From NCBI GenBank assembly GCA_014905635.1, contig JABVCE010000009.1, positions 124,001 to 188,000 of the forward strand: a stretch of DNA of 64,000 bases, written 5' to 3'. Position numbers and translations under genes: made by a program. Positions 28,112-40,119 of the stretch are shown here, one piece after another (position 1 is the stretch's first letter; each line of letters starts with the position of its first letter). Origin of the DNA: Scenedesmus sp. PABB004. Lineage: Eukaryota. The notes beneath the pieces are model-generated. The model was not told the DNA's origin. It did no database searches and saw only the letters and a program-made list of their open reading frames with translations.

Positions 28112-31100
28112 ATGGCGGCACTGATGCAGAGCCGCGCTCGGGCGCTGTGCTCGCGGCAAGCGGCCGCGCCGCGTGCGGCGCTGCTGCAGCGGCCGGCGGG
28201 CTGCGTCGCGGCGCCAGCGAGGTGCGTGGCGGGCGCGCGCCGGCGAGGGCGAGGGCCACACCTGGCGCTCGTGGGGCAGCCGCAGCGGTGCTGCGGTGCC
28301 GCGCCGAGCAGCGGGGAATCGGGCCGCAGCCGCCGCGCGCGCCAACAACCCTACCACGCCGAGCACCGCCGCCGCTCCGCTCGCCCGCGCCCGGCCCCCG
28401 CGCCCCGCAGGCGGCAGCAGCCGGCGCCCGCCTGCGCGCTGCCCGCGCTCGGCGGCCGCGGCGGCGCCGCGGCGCGCGGCTGCCGGCGGCCGCTGCGCGT
28501 GGCGGCCAACGCCGCGGGCGCCGCGATGCCGGCGGGCGGCGCGCCCGCGGCGCCGGCGGCGGCGCCGCTGCAGGGAATGAAGCTCGGCCCCGCCGCGATC
28601 GCGGTCGCGTTTGGCTGCGCCGTCAAGTTCCTGCTGCCCGCGCCCGCGGCCATCACGCCCGAGGCGCGCGCCGCGCCGTGTGCCGCGCTGTGTGCCGCGC
28701 CGCGCTGTGTGCCGCGCCGCGCCGCCGCGCCGTCGCCGCGCCGACGCCGCCCCGCCCCGCGTGTCGCGTCGCGCGCACCAGGCGTGGACGCTGTTCAGCA
28801 TCTTCCTGTCGACCATCCTCGGCCTCGTGCTGCAGCCGCTCCCCGTCGGCGCGTGGGCGTTTGTGTCGCTCTGCGCCGTCGTCGCGAGCGGCGCGCTGCC
28901 GTTCGCCAAGGCCCTCGGCGCGATGACGAGCGAGGTGATCTGGCTCATCGTGATCTCCTTCTTCTTCGCCAAGGGCTTTGAGAAGACGGGGCTCGGCGAG
29001 CGCATCGCCAACGTCTTTGTCGCCGCGATGGGCCGCTCCACGCTCGGCCTCGCGTACGGCCTCTCGATCGCGGAGCTCTTCCTCAGCCCCGCGCTGCCGA
29101 GCACGACCGCGCGCGCGGGCGGCATCTTTGTGCCCATCATCAAGTTCCTCTCCAAGAGCGTCGGCGGCGACCCCGAGACCGGCGGGCGCAAGAAGATGGG
29201 CGCCTTCCTCATGCAGGCGCGCAGGCGGCGCGGCGCGGGCGGCGTGTGTGTGTGTGTGTTTGTGTGTGCGTGTGTGTTGAGAGCGGTGGTGGCGACGGGG
29301 AGGGGCGCGCGTGCGCGCCGCCGACGCCGCCGACGCCACCCTGCCGCCGCGCCACCCCGCGCCCGGCCGCGCAGAGCCAGCTGCAGCAGTCGAGCTACAG
29401 CAGCGCCCTCTTCCTCACGAGCGGCGCGCAGAACCTGCTCTGCCTGCAGATCGCCGCCGAGCTCGGTGCGCAGCGCGGCGCGCCCCGCCGCCGCAGACGC
29501 CCGCCCGGCGCCGCGCCGCTTCGGCCCCGCCGTGTGTGACCCGTCCGCCCGCCCGCGCGCTGGGCGCGCAGGCGTGGTCGTGCCGGACGCGTTCACGACC
29601 TGGTTTGTGGGCTGCCTGCCGCCGGCGCTGCTGGGCATGGCCATCACGCCGATCCTGCTGTTCAAGCTCTTCCCGCCAGAGGTGCGCGGCGCCGGGCGGC
29701 ACCCCGCCGGCCACTCCACCCGCGCAGCGCCGCCGCCCGCGGCCCGCCCCCGCCCGCGCGCGCACGCGCACGCCCACACGCCCGGCACCCCGGTCGCCGC
29801 CGCCGCCGGCGGCGGTGCGCGCAGGTCAAGGAGACGCCCGAGGCGCCGGCGCTGGCCAAGGCCAACCTCGCGCGCATGGGCCCGATGAGCGCGGCCGAGA
29901 AGATCACGCTCGCGACCATCAGCGGCGCGGTGGTGCTCTGGATGACCGGCGACGCAATCGGCTGCCCCGCCGTGCTCGCGGCGATGCTCGCGCTCGCGAC
30001 GCTGCTCGTCACGGGTGCGCCGCGGCGGCGGCGCGCGCGCGCGCGTGCGCGCGCCCGGCCCGCGCGCCCTGCCGCCGCCACGCACCCGCCTGGACCCATA
30101 CCGCCCAAACGCACACCGCACACATCCACACGCCCACACGCCCACGCCCGCGCCTGCGCGCCCGCGCCCGTCGCAGGCGTGCTGACGTGGCGGGACTGCC
30201 TCGAGTACAGCCCAGCGTGGGACACGCTCATCTGGTTTGCCATCCTCATCAGCATGAGCAACGGCCTCAGCGAGAGCGGCCTCATCTCAACCTTTGCCGG
30301 TGACCGCCGCGCCCGGCCCCGCCCCGGCCCCGCCCCGCGCGCCGCGCGCACCCGCGCCGCCGCCGCCGCCGCCGCCGCGGCCGCCGTGTGCGCTCACGCG
30401 CCGCCGCCCGCCCCTGCCTCCCCGCGCGTCGCTCCCTCGCCCAACCTCCTGCGCGCCCCGCTCGACCCCGGCTCGCACCAGGCATGGTCGGCGCGCAGCT
30501 CAACTCGCTCAACCTGGGCTGGCAGCCCGTGTTCTTCATCCTCCACGCCGCCTTCTTCGCGCTGCACTACCTCTTCGCCTCGCAGACGGTGCGCCGCCGC
30601 GCCTCGCTGCCTCGCCGCCCCCGTTGCCGCCACCGCCGCTGGCACCGCTGCCGCTGCCGCCGCGCCGCCGCACCGCGCCCGCTCCGGGCTGCCGGCGGGT
30701 CGCCGACCCGCGCCGCCTTGCCGCTCCGCCGCCCGCCCCCCCCCCCCCCCCCCCTCCCTGCTCGTCTCGCGTGCGCAGGCCCACATCGGCGCGCTGTACG
30801 CCGCGTTCCTGGCCATGATGCTCGCCTCGGGTGCGCCGCCGGCGCGGCCCGCGCGCCGCGCATGCACACATCCCCGCCGTGCGCGTGCCCGGTTGCGCCG
30901 CCTGCCCTGACCCCACCGCCACCGCCGCAGGCTGCCCGGGCCTGCTGTCCGCGCTGAGCCTCGCGTATAACGGCAACCTCTTTGGCGGCATCACCCACTT
31001 TGCGAGCGGGCAGGCCGCGATCTACTACGGCTCGGGGTTCAACTCGCTGTCAGAGTTTTTCGTCTATGGCGCCATCTTTGGCTTCCTCAGCCTCGCCATC

Positions 31101-31148
31101 ACGCTCGGCGCGGGCTGGCCGTGGTGGAAGCTGCTCGGCTGGTTCTGA
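28112..31148 (+). CDS. DiT2: Plastid dicarboxylate transporter (DASS family, DiT2-type); multi-exon
   Basis: Transit peptide, VLQPLPVGAWAF, EVIWLIVISFFFAKGFEKTGLGERIA, PSTTARAGGIFVPII, AWDTLIWFA, HYLFASQT, THFASGQAAIYYGSG and C-terminal WWKLLGWF. Confidence 0.92.
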
Positions 31149-31580
31149 CGCGGCGGGCGCGACAGCGGGCGGCGGACGCGGCGGGCGGCTGGGCGGGCAG
31201 CTGGGCAGGGGCGGTGGGCGGCGGGCGGCGGGCTGCGGGCGGGCGGGCGTCGGGCTGCGGGCGGGCGGGCGGGCGGGCGGGCAGCAGCGGGCGCGTGCAG
31301 CAGGCGCAGGTGCAGGCGCGGCAGGGACGGGGCCCTAGGTCTGCGCGGCGCGCGGGGGAGCCGAGGGGGCGCGCCCGTGCGGGCCCCCCGCCCCGTGCCG
31401 CCCGCGGCGGGCTGCGGCGCATGCCGCGCGCGCGGGTAACCGAGTCGGCCGTCCGCCCCGCGCTCTCCCACGGCCGTTGGCCGCCCGCCGCCACTGTGCG
31501 CCGACCTCGCCCGTGCTGCAAATCGTCCGCGCCGCCCGCGGCGCCGCTGGCTCGCCGCCGCCAGCCCGCCCGCTGCGCCG

Positions 31581-34500
31581 TCACGTCGCCGTGAGCAGCG
31601 CGTGGTGGCGCCGCGAGCTGCGCCGCTGCCCGCGCGCGGTGAGGCCGCTCAGCGCCTCCGCGGCCTCGTCGTGCATCGCGCCGTGGTCGGGCAGCTCGCC
31701 CGACGCCGCCATCGCCTCGGCCGCGGCGCGCAGCGCGGCCATGCCGTTGGGCAGGGCCTTGAAGTACTTCACCTGGCGGCGGGGAGCGCCGGGCGGGCGC
31801 GGTGCGGCCGCGGTCAGACGGCACCGTGCGTGCTGTGCGTGCTGCGCGTGCTGTGCACGCCCAACGCCGCACCAGCGCGCGCGCGCCGTCCTTGAGCTTG
31901 CGGTCCACGCTGCCGTCGGGGCGCCACGCGTAGAGGCCAAACTCCATCATGTACCCCGCGTTCCACTCGAAATTGTCAACCTGCGAGCCGGGTGGGTGCG
32001 CGGCGGCGGCGCAGGGCGGGCCGGGTGCGCGGCGGCGGCGCAGGGCGGGCGGCGCGGCGCGGCGGCGTCGGGACGGCCCCGTCGGCGCAGCCCCGACGGG
32101 CCTGGCGCGCGGGCGCCGGAGGGAGGGCGCGCCGCGCCCCCGCCCCGCCCCGCCCCGCCCTCCCGCGCGCCGCACCAGCGTCCAGTAGTAGAAGCCCCGC
32201 ACGTCCGCGCCGTCCGCGACCGCGCGCAGCGTCTGCGGCGGCGCGCGGTCACAGGCTCGGCGCCGCGCCTGCCGCTCAGCCCCCGCCTGCTGGACATCCA
32301 CAACAACATCCACAATGAAAGGGACAAGCAAAACAACACAACACAGGCAATGCGCCCCGCGGCGCCGCACCGCCTGCATGTACTTGTCGATCATGGTCGC
32401 GCGGTTGGCGTCGCTGCGGTCGGCGATGCCCGTCTCGGTGATGTAGATGGGCATCCTGTACTGCGACGCCTGGGGGTTGAATGCGCGTGTGTGTGCGGGG
32501 GGAGCGGCGGGGTGCGGCGGAGGCGGGCGCGCGCGAGGGCGTGCGCGGCGGTGGCAGGATAAGGCAAGCGGGCAGCGTGCGCGCGCCACGGGCCCGCCCT
32601 CAGCCTACGCCCAGCCCCGCGGAGCCCTGAACCCCAAACCCCAAACCCCCAAACCCCGCCGCGCCTGCATGAGCGCCTCGTAGAGGCCGTCCGCATAGAT
32701 GGGGTAGTACATGTCCGTCATGACCTGGCAGGGTTTAGGGGTTAACGCCCGTTAACAAAGGGGGCAGGGTTTAGGGCGCGGCGCGCGGGGTTAAAAGCGG
32801 CCGAGCGGGCGCGGCGCGCGCGCGGGCGCGCGCGCGCGACGCGGGGGCCGCCGCGTGGAGGGCGGCGGGCTGCGCCGCCGCACCTCGCCGGGCAGGCACC
32901 AGGGCTTGAGGTACCACGTGACGACCGCCCTGCGGGGGGACACGGCCGCGGCGTGGGGGCGAGGCACGCGCGAGCAGCGGCGCTGGCGCGCCGGCGCGCG
33001 CCTGGCCTGGCCCGCGCCTGCTGTAGTAGTTGACGCCGAACCAGTCGCACGGCGGGCGCCCGCCGGGGCACTGCCACTCGAGCCACTGCCCGAGCAGCGG
33101 GAGGCGCCACGTGAAGCGCCCGGTCAGCATCCACTCGTGGATGAGCTCGTAGCCCCACCAGTAGTTCATCCACCCCGCCGCGTAGCTGCGCGTGCGTTCA
33201 CGGCGGCGAGTGGCAAAGGCCGACAGGGTCGGCGCGGCGGCGGCGACGTCGGCGGGGGCGCTCGCGACGAGGACGGGGCCGGCGGCGGCGCGGTGCGCGG
33301 CGTGCGCGGCGTGCGCAATCGGCCGCGCGGCGCGCGGTGCGGCGCCGCACCCCGCGAGCGCGCGCAGCAGGCGCGGCCCGGTCGCGAGGAAGGTGATGTG
33401 GTGGTGCACCAGCCCCACCTGGCGGGGCAGGTGCAGGGTTCAGGGCGCAGGTCGGGGCTCACACAGCCGCAGGGGGACGGGGGCAGAGCGCGGCGGGCCG
33501 GCCGCAGCGGCGGCGGCGGCGCGCGCGCTGGCGGCGGCCGCGCCTGCAGCGTCCGGCCGCGCGGCGTGCGCTTGATCGCCTCGTACGCGGCGACGTGCGC
33601 CTGCAGCTTGTGCATCACCACGCGCCCCGCGGTCGCGCACGCGAGCACCTGCGCCGGCGTCGGTCGGTCAATGACGCGGCCAACGGCGTGGTCAAAACAA
33701 TGGTCGAAACAATGGTCAAAACAAGGGTCAAAGCAGCAGTCAAAACGCGCCCACCTTGCCGGGCGGATGCATGCCCGTGATCCAGCCCAGGAACATCGCG
33801 CACTGCGGCCGCCGGCGGCGGCGGCGGCGCCCAGGCAGTCGGCGCGGCGCGGCGGGGCGCGCGCAGCGGCGGGGGCGCGCGCGGCGGCGGTGTGCGCCGC
33901 GCAGCGGCGCGCGGCGGGGCGGCTGCACCGTGGGCTCTGCGGCGTGGCGCGGCGCGGCGTCGGTGCGGACGGCATCGGCCTCGGCGCGCGGCCGCGGCGA
34001 GAGCGCGCGGCGCGGCGCTGGCGCCGCCGTGCGGGCGCGGCGCGCGCGGGCGCGCGCCCACCGTTGAAGGTCGCCCAGAACGTGACGCGGCTGCCAAACA
34101 GCTCCACCGCCTTGAGCGCCCAGGCCACAAAGATGGGGATGTTCTCGGCGCGCTCAAAGCCGCCGAGGTCCTCAAACCACTGCGGGTGCGTGAAGTGGTG
34201 CAGCGTCGCGTTGGGCTCCAGGCCCGCCGCGTGCATCGCGTCGAGCATGTCGTTCGTCCTGGCGGGGTTTTTAGCGAGGGCCCCAACGGCGGGCCCCAAC
34301 AGCCGGGCGTCAAAACACACGCCCGTGACGCGCGGGGCTGGCGTTTGAGCGCGCCGCGGCGGTCGCTGCAGCAGCGGCGGCGCAGCATGCAGCGCGCGGC
34401 GCGCGGCGCGCAGCGCACCGCGCGATCGCGTGCTCGTCGAACTCGCCGCGCCGCGGCTCGATGCGCGCCCACTCGATGGAGAGCCGGAAGGCGTTGCAGC

Positions 34501-34890
34501 CCGCCTTGACCGCGAGGGCGATGTCCTCCTCGTACCTGGGGCGGGCGGCGCAGGTGCAGGGAGGCGGGTGATCGGGCAGGGAGCGTGCCGGCGGGCGGGC
34601 GGCGGCGCAGCGCACCGGTTCCAGGTGTCGGGGCAGGCCTGCTCGACGCTGTGGGTGCCGCTGTAGCGCTTGAGGCCAAACGGCAGCCAGCTGAAGGGCC
34701 AGGGCGAGCGAATGAACTTGGTCCAGTTGGAGTGCTCGTCGCCGCTGTTCTGCCACATGGAGATGGCGACGCCCTTGTGGAAGGTCTGCAGCTTGTCGCC
34801 GTCGGCGCCGCCGCTCGCGCCTGCGGCCGCGCCGCTGCCGTCGTCCGCGCGCCCGGGCGTGCCGCGGGTCGAGGAGCGCGTGGTGACCAT
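31581..34890 (-). CDS. Glycoside hydrolase family 1 (beta-glucosidase-like); many exons
   Basis: AFRLSIEWARIEP, TLHHFTHPQWF, WATFN|EPT (acid/base), GVNYYSR, IYITETGIAD (nucleophile) and YWTLVDNFEWNAGY. Start is 34890 or 34914. Confidence 0.92.
33690..33746. repeat. ~12-bp AT-richer tandem repeat (GGTCAAAACAAT-like, ~5 copies) in a GH1 intron
   Basis: ggtcaaaacaat ggtcgaaacaat ggtcaaaacaag ggtcaaagcagc agtcaaaac. Confidence 0.85.
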
Positions 34891-35406
34891 TCTGTCGAGG
34901 TAGACTATGTGCATGCGCCGCCGCGCGGGCTGCGGCGCGTCCCCCGCTGCTGGCAGCGGCGCGGCAGCAGCGGCGGCGAGATGGTCGCGCGCGCAGCTCC
35001 GCCCTGTCGCTGATCCGCCCGCGCGCGCGGCCCGCCGGAAGCGCGAGAGTGTGTACCGTGTGGCTCGTCGAAACGGGGAGAGCGGCGACGCAGCTGCGGT
35101 TTGGGGCTTGCGTCGACCGCAAAAGCGCCGCCGCTGCCCGCTGCGTCTCCTGTCATCCACGCCGCCCGTCCCACGCCGCAAACCCGCTCCGACACCCGCT
35201 GTCACAACGCGCGTCCGCCAAGCTGCGGCGCCGCCCCCAGAGGGCAGGCGCCGTGCAGCAGCGGCGGCGCGCGCAGCAGCGGCGGCGCGCGCAGCAGCGG
35301 CGGCGCGCGCAGCAGCTGCGGCGCGCGCTCCCGCCCCGCGCAGCGACGGCGCGCGCTCCCGCGCCGCTCGCCCCGCTCGCCCCGCTCGCCTCGCCCGCCG
35401 CCCGCC

Positions 35407-38400
35407 ATGTCGGCGGCCGCCGCCGCAGCGCTGGCGGCGGCGGTCGGCGCGCTCGCGGACGACCTCACGCCGAGCGCCGCCGAGCGCGGGCACCGCGCCG
35501 CCGCGCTGGCGCAGCACGTGCGGCAGCTGTCCAGCGCGTTGCAGGCGCCGGAGGGCGCTCAGGTCGTGCTCTCGCCGTTTGGGTCGTCGCTCAGCGGGCT
35601 CGCGCTCGCCGGCAGCGACATTGATCTTGGTGTATTTGGCAGCATCGGCGGCCGCCCGCTGCGCGAGTGCCCGGCGCGGCAGCAGCAGGCCGTGCTGCGC
35701 GCGGTGCTGCGCGCGATCACGGACGCGCGGCTGGCGGCGTTCCGGGTGCGCTGCGCGCCTGCGCCAGCGCTCGCCGCGGACGAGCCCGCGGCCCGCGCCC
35801 GCCACGCCGTGCCGCCGCCGCGCCGCCGCCGCACACGGCTGCGGGCGCCTGCCTCAGGCGCGCGCGTCCCCGCCGCCGCGCCGCCGCCGCCGCCGCCGCC
35901 GCAGGAGGGCGGCCCGCGCGTGCAGGCGCTCTGGGGCGCCCGCGTGCCGGTGCTCAAGTACACGTGCCGCCTGAGTGGCCTGGAGGTCGACGCGTCCCTC
36001 CAGGAGACTGGCGCGCTGCTCAAGGCGGGCGTGCTGCGCGCGGTCGCGGAGCGCGCGTGCCCCGCCCTCGCGCCGCTGTACCGCCTGGCCAAGTCTTGGG
36101 CCGCCGCGCACGACCTCAACGACGCCTCGCGCGCGACGGTTAACTCCACCGCCCTGCTGTACATGGTGCTCTTTTTCCTGCAGCGCCGCAGCCTCGCGCC
36201 GCCGCTGCGCGCGCTGATCGACGACGCGCTGCTGTCCGACCGCGGCGCGCGGCCGCTGGCCGGCGGCAACGTCGCGCTCTGCGACGACGACGCGCGCCGC
36301 GGCGCGCTGCTGGCCGCGGCGGAGCGCGCCGCGGCGCGCTGGGCTGCGGACCGCGCGCGCGCGGGCGCGCCGCGTCCGCCGCTGTGGGAGCTGCTGGTCA
36401 GCTTCTGGGAGACCTGGAGCGGCGACCTCGCCGACTGTGTGCTGGGCCGCAAGCTGTGAGCGCCGCGGGGGCTGCCGCCGCGCGGGCGGCGGGCGGCCGG
36501 TGCGCCGCCGACGCCGCGCCGCCCGCCGCGCCCGCCGCCGGCCGCGCGCCGCGCAGCGGCCTCGTCGCGAGCCTCTGGGTCGGCGACTGGGCGCCCGGCG
36601 GCTTTGCCAAGCCCTACACGTTTGCGATTGAGGACCCCTTTGACGACGCCGACTGCCCCGCGCGCGCGGTGGGCACGCTGGACAACTTCAATCGCGGCAC
36701 GCCCGCCCTCATCTGCCACGTCTTCGGCGCGAGCGCCCGCGCCGCGGCGCGCTTCCTCGGCCGCGGCGCGCCGCCGCCGGCGCCGGCGGCACTGCGCGGC
36801 GAGCTGCGCGCGCTGCTGGCGTGGCTGTTCGGCCCGCGGGCCGTGCTGGTGCGCGGGCGCGGCGGCCCGCCCCGGCTCGCGTGGGCGGCGGCGCCGTTTG
36901 CGGACGAGCACGAGTGGCACCTCGTGGCAGAGGTTGGGCGCCGCCTGAGCCAGGGCGAGCCCGCGGGCGCGCTCACGGCCTGGCTCGTGGACCACCTGCG
37001 CGGGGGCGAGGCGCTGGACGAGGAGGCGAGCATCATCTGCCTCGACCAGCTCACAGTCCTGGTCCCCCCGCGCCGCGGAGCTGCTGGCGCCGCCGACGGC
37101 AGGCGCGCGGCGCCGCCGCCACGGCCGCCGCAGCAGCAGCAGCTGCCAGCGCAGCAGGAGTGGCAGCCAAAGCGGCAGCCCCTGGAGCTGCAGGCGCAGC
37201 AGGCGCAGCAGGCGCAGCAGCTGATGCAGCAGCGGCAGCAGCTGGCAGCGCAGCCGCCGCCAGAGCAGCCGCCGCCAGGGCAGCCGCCGGCAGAGCAGCC
37301 GCCGCCAGGGGAGCAGCCGCCGCCAGAGCAGCCGCCGCCAGAGCAGCCGCCGCCAGCGCAGCCGCATCCAGAGCAACCGCCGTCACAGCAGCAGCTGCCG
37401 CAGGCTCAGGAGCAGCGGGGCCGCGCCGCCGACGGTCGCGGGCGGCGGCAGAGCAACGACGGTCGCGGCCCCGGCGCACAGGCCCCGCTGGGCGCCGAGG
37501 CTGCGGACGGTCAGCACGCGGAGGCGGCGCAGCAGCCGTCGCAGACGCGCAACAAGCGCCGCGGCCGGGGCCAGGGCAAGGGCGCCGCGGCGCAGCCGGA
37601 GGCGCTGGCCCCGCAGCAGCAGGCGCCGCAGCAGCAGGCGCAGGCAGAGGCCGTGTCGCAGCCCCTGGACGGCCCGGCGCTGCAGGCGCCCGACGGGGAG
37701 CTGCTCAGGCTGCGGCAGGTGCTGGCAAGCGAGCTGGCGCAGCTCACGCACAAGCGCGACGCCGTCGCGGAGGCGCCGGCCCCCAAGCGCCTCCCGCGAC
37801 CGGTGAAACAGGCGGGCCAGCGGTGCGTGCAGGCTGTGATCGCGCGCCTCCAGGCGCTCGAAGCGCTGGAGCAGCGGCAGCACGGCCTGACGGCGGTGCT
37901 GGCGCAGCACGGCATCACGCCCCTGCTGGAGGCGTGGCGCCTGGCAGACGGCGGCGTCGTGTGGGAGGGCCTCCTCCTGCCGCCGGAGCGGCGGCAGGAC
38001 CGGGGCAGCGCCGCCGGCCTGGATGCTGGCGTGGCTGCACTGGCGCTCCGCGACGGGCAGTCCAGCGGCGCCGCCGGCGCGGCGGGGGGCGGAGCCATGC
38101 AGCCGCGCGGGCCGCCGCCGCCGCCGGCGGCAGCGTCGCCGGTGTCGCCCGCCGCGGCGGCCGCGGCGGCGCTGGCCGCGGCGTCGCCCGGCGCCGCGGC
38201 GGCCGTGGCGGCGGCGCGGCAGTGTGCGTTGGCGGTCAACGCGCAGCGGCTCGAGACTGACCTGAAAAAGACGCGGGCGCGCATCGAGGAGCTGGAGCTG
38301 GCGCTGCAGGCCGAGGCCGCGGTGATTGCCGACCTGCGGGCGCAGGAGGCGCGCCTCGAGGCGGACGGGGGCGCCGCGGGCACAGAGGGCGGCGGCGGCG

Positions 38401-38690
38401 CCAGCGCGGAGGGCGGCGGCGCGGAGGGCGGCGGCGCGGAGGGCGGCGGCGGCGAGGCGGCGCAGCCGGGCGGCGAGGCGGCGCAGCCGGGCCCCCCGCC
38501 GGCAGGCGCGCCGCCGCCGGCGGCCGGCACCGAGCTCGGCGAGCTGCGCCGCAAGCTGGCTGACCTCGAGGCCCGCCTGCGGGGCGGCCACCTTGCGTTG
38601 CGCTCCTGCAAGGCCAAGCTGCGCGAGCTCGAGTGCGAGGCGGTGGAGGCGGGCGGCGGCGCGGCGGCGGTCGAGCTGCCCGCGCCGTGA
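35407..38690 (+). CDS. Non-canonical poly(A)/terminal uridylyl transferase (Cid1/TUTase, HESO1-like) with long Gln/Pro-rich and coiled-coil C-terminus
   Basis: Pol-beta NTase signature PFGSSLSGLALAGSDIDL, ARVPVLKY..GLEVDAS, LYRLAKSWAAAHDLND, LLYMVLFFLQ and PAP-associated FAIEDPFD. Introns at ~35746-35904 and ~36456-36556. Confidence 0.85.
37250..37385 (+). repeat. Coding tandem repeat EQPPP-like (15-18 bp units)
   Basis: Repeated gagcagccgccgcca in the TUTase tail. Confidence 0.85.
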
Positions 38691-39004
38691 GCGCCCTGAG
38701 CGGCGGCGGCGGGTCCGACGAGGGGCGCGCGCAACTTGCTGCAGTTGCAACTTGCTGCAGTTGCACAGGCAGGCAGGCAGGCAGGCAGGCACGCACCACC
38801 CATGGTTCGCACTCATCGCGGGCAGCGCAAAATCGCCCGGCAGTCGCCGCTCTCCCCCGTCAAGCGCCGCCCTCCGTCCTGGGGCTGGCCTCCTCCCTCG
38901 CCGGCAGCCCATGCGGGCGCCGCGCACCCGGCCGCAGCCTGCCGCCGTCGCGCGCAGCGCAGCACGGCCACCGCCACCATGCTGCGCGGGCGCGGCGCGG
39001 CCGC

Positions 39005-39758
39005 TCACTCGTCGAGGTCCCCGCCGGCGGCGCGGCCCTGCTTCTTGCCCTTCAGCGCGCCCTTGACGTTGTCCACCAGCTCCTTCAGCGTGTCGCCGTG
39101 CCCGTGGCCCGACCCCTGCGCGGCGCGCGGCGCGCGGCCGCGCTCGCGGCCGCGGTCGCAGTCGCAACACAGCGGCGGCGCGCAGAGCACGCACGCGCGC
39201 ATGTCGATGCGGGCGTGCGCCGCGGCGCCGCACCTCGACCTCGGGGCCGCGGCGCTCGGCGCTGTAGTCGCCCTCCACCTTGCTCATGTTGTTGTGCGGC
39301 AGCTCCTCGCGCTCGACGTCGGTGCCCTCGATCTGGTTCTTGCGCCGCCACTCCAGTCGCTCCTGCTGGTACTCGTACTGCTGCTCCTTCTCCGCGCGCC
39401 GCACCTGCGCGGCGCGGCGCGGCGCGGCCGTGCGCGGCGCGGCCCGGGGGGCGCGCTGCGCGCGCTGGGCGCGCGCGCGCGCACGTTGCCGTCCTTGGAG
39501 CCTGCGGGGTTGGAGCGCCGGCTCTTGGTGGTCTCGCGGTCGTGGTAGATGTTATGCTTGTCGGGCGAGGGCTTGTCCGACGACGCGCGCGGCGCCAGCG
39601 CAAGCGCGCGCCTGCGGCAGCGGCGCGGCGTCGCGGGCGCGGGCGGCGCGCGGCGCGGCGCGTCCGGGCCCCGACGCGCCCCACCTGAGCGCGGGGCGGG
39701 CGGGCGCGGCGCTCGCGGCCAGGCGCGGCGCGCCGGGCGCGCGCGCGAGCGAGGCCAT
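39005..39758 (-). CDS. Small hydrophilic, charged, probably plastid-targeted protein (4 exons, ~160 aa), function unknown
   Basis: Exons MASLARAPGAPRLAA.. | RALALAPRASSDKPSPDKHNIYHDRETTK.. | VRRAEKEQQYEYQQERLEWRRKNQIEG.. | GSGHGHGDTLKELVDNVKGALKGKK..DLDE*, bounded by GT-AG introns with host-like codon use. Confidence 0.7.
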
Positions 39759-40119
39759 GACGGCGGCGGCGGCGGCGGGCGCGCGGGGTCGGGCGTGGGC
39801 GTCGTGGCGTGCAGGCGCGGGGGAGAGCAAATTCTGGCGAGTGGGGCGCTGCAGCTCGCGCTGAAGGGCGTCGCGCCGCGGGTTCTGTGCATTGCGGTGC
39901 GGCCGCGGCGCCGCTCCGAGCCCGTCCCGCCTCGCAGTGCTTCCAGTCCCTCCCAACCCCCGCGTACCGGCTCGCCCAGGCGTGTGCGCCCCGTGCGCGC
40001 CGCGCGGCGCCGCCGCTGCTCGTGCCCGCCCGCCAGCTTGCGTCTGCGCTCACGCCGCGGAGCCGCGCCCGCTTTTGGCCGCTCTCCGGCGCGCGCTGGA
40101 GGTCGAGGCGCGCAGGGGC

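Noticed and set aside
38731..38790. 16-bp direct duplication (gcaacttgctgcagtt) plus (CAGG)n after the TUTase stop
   Set aside because: Short slippage repeats in a 3' UTR with no further structure.
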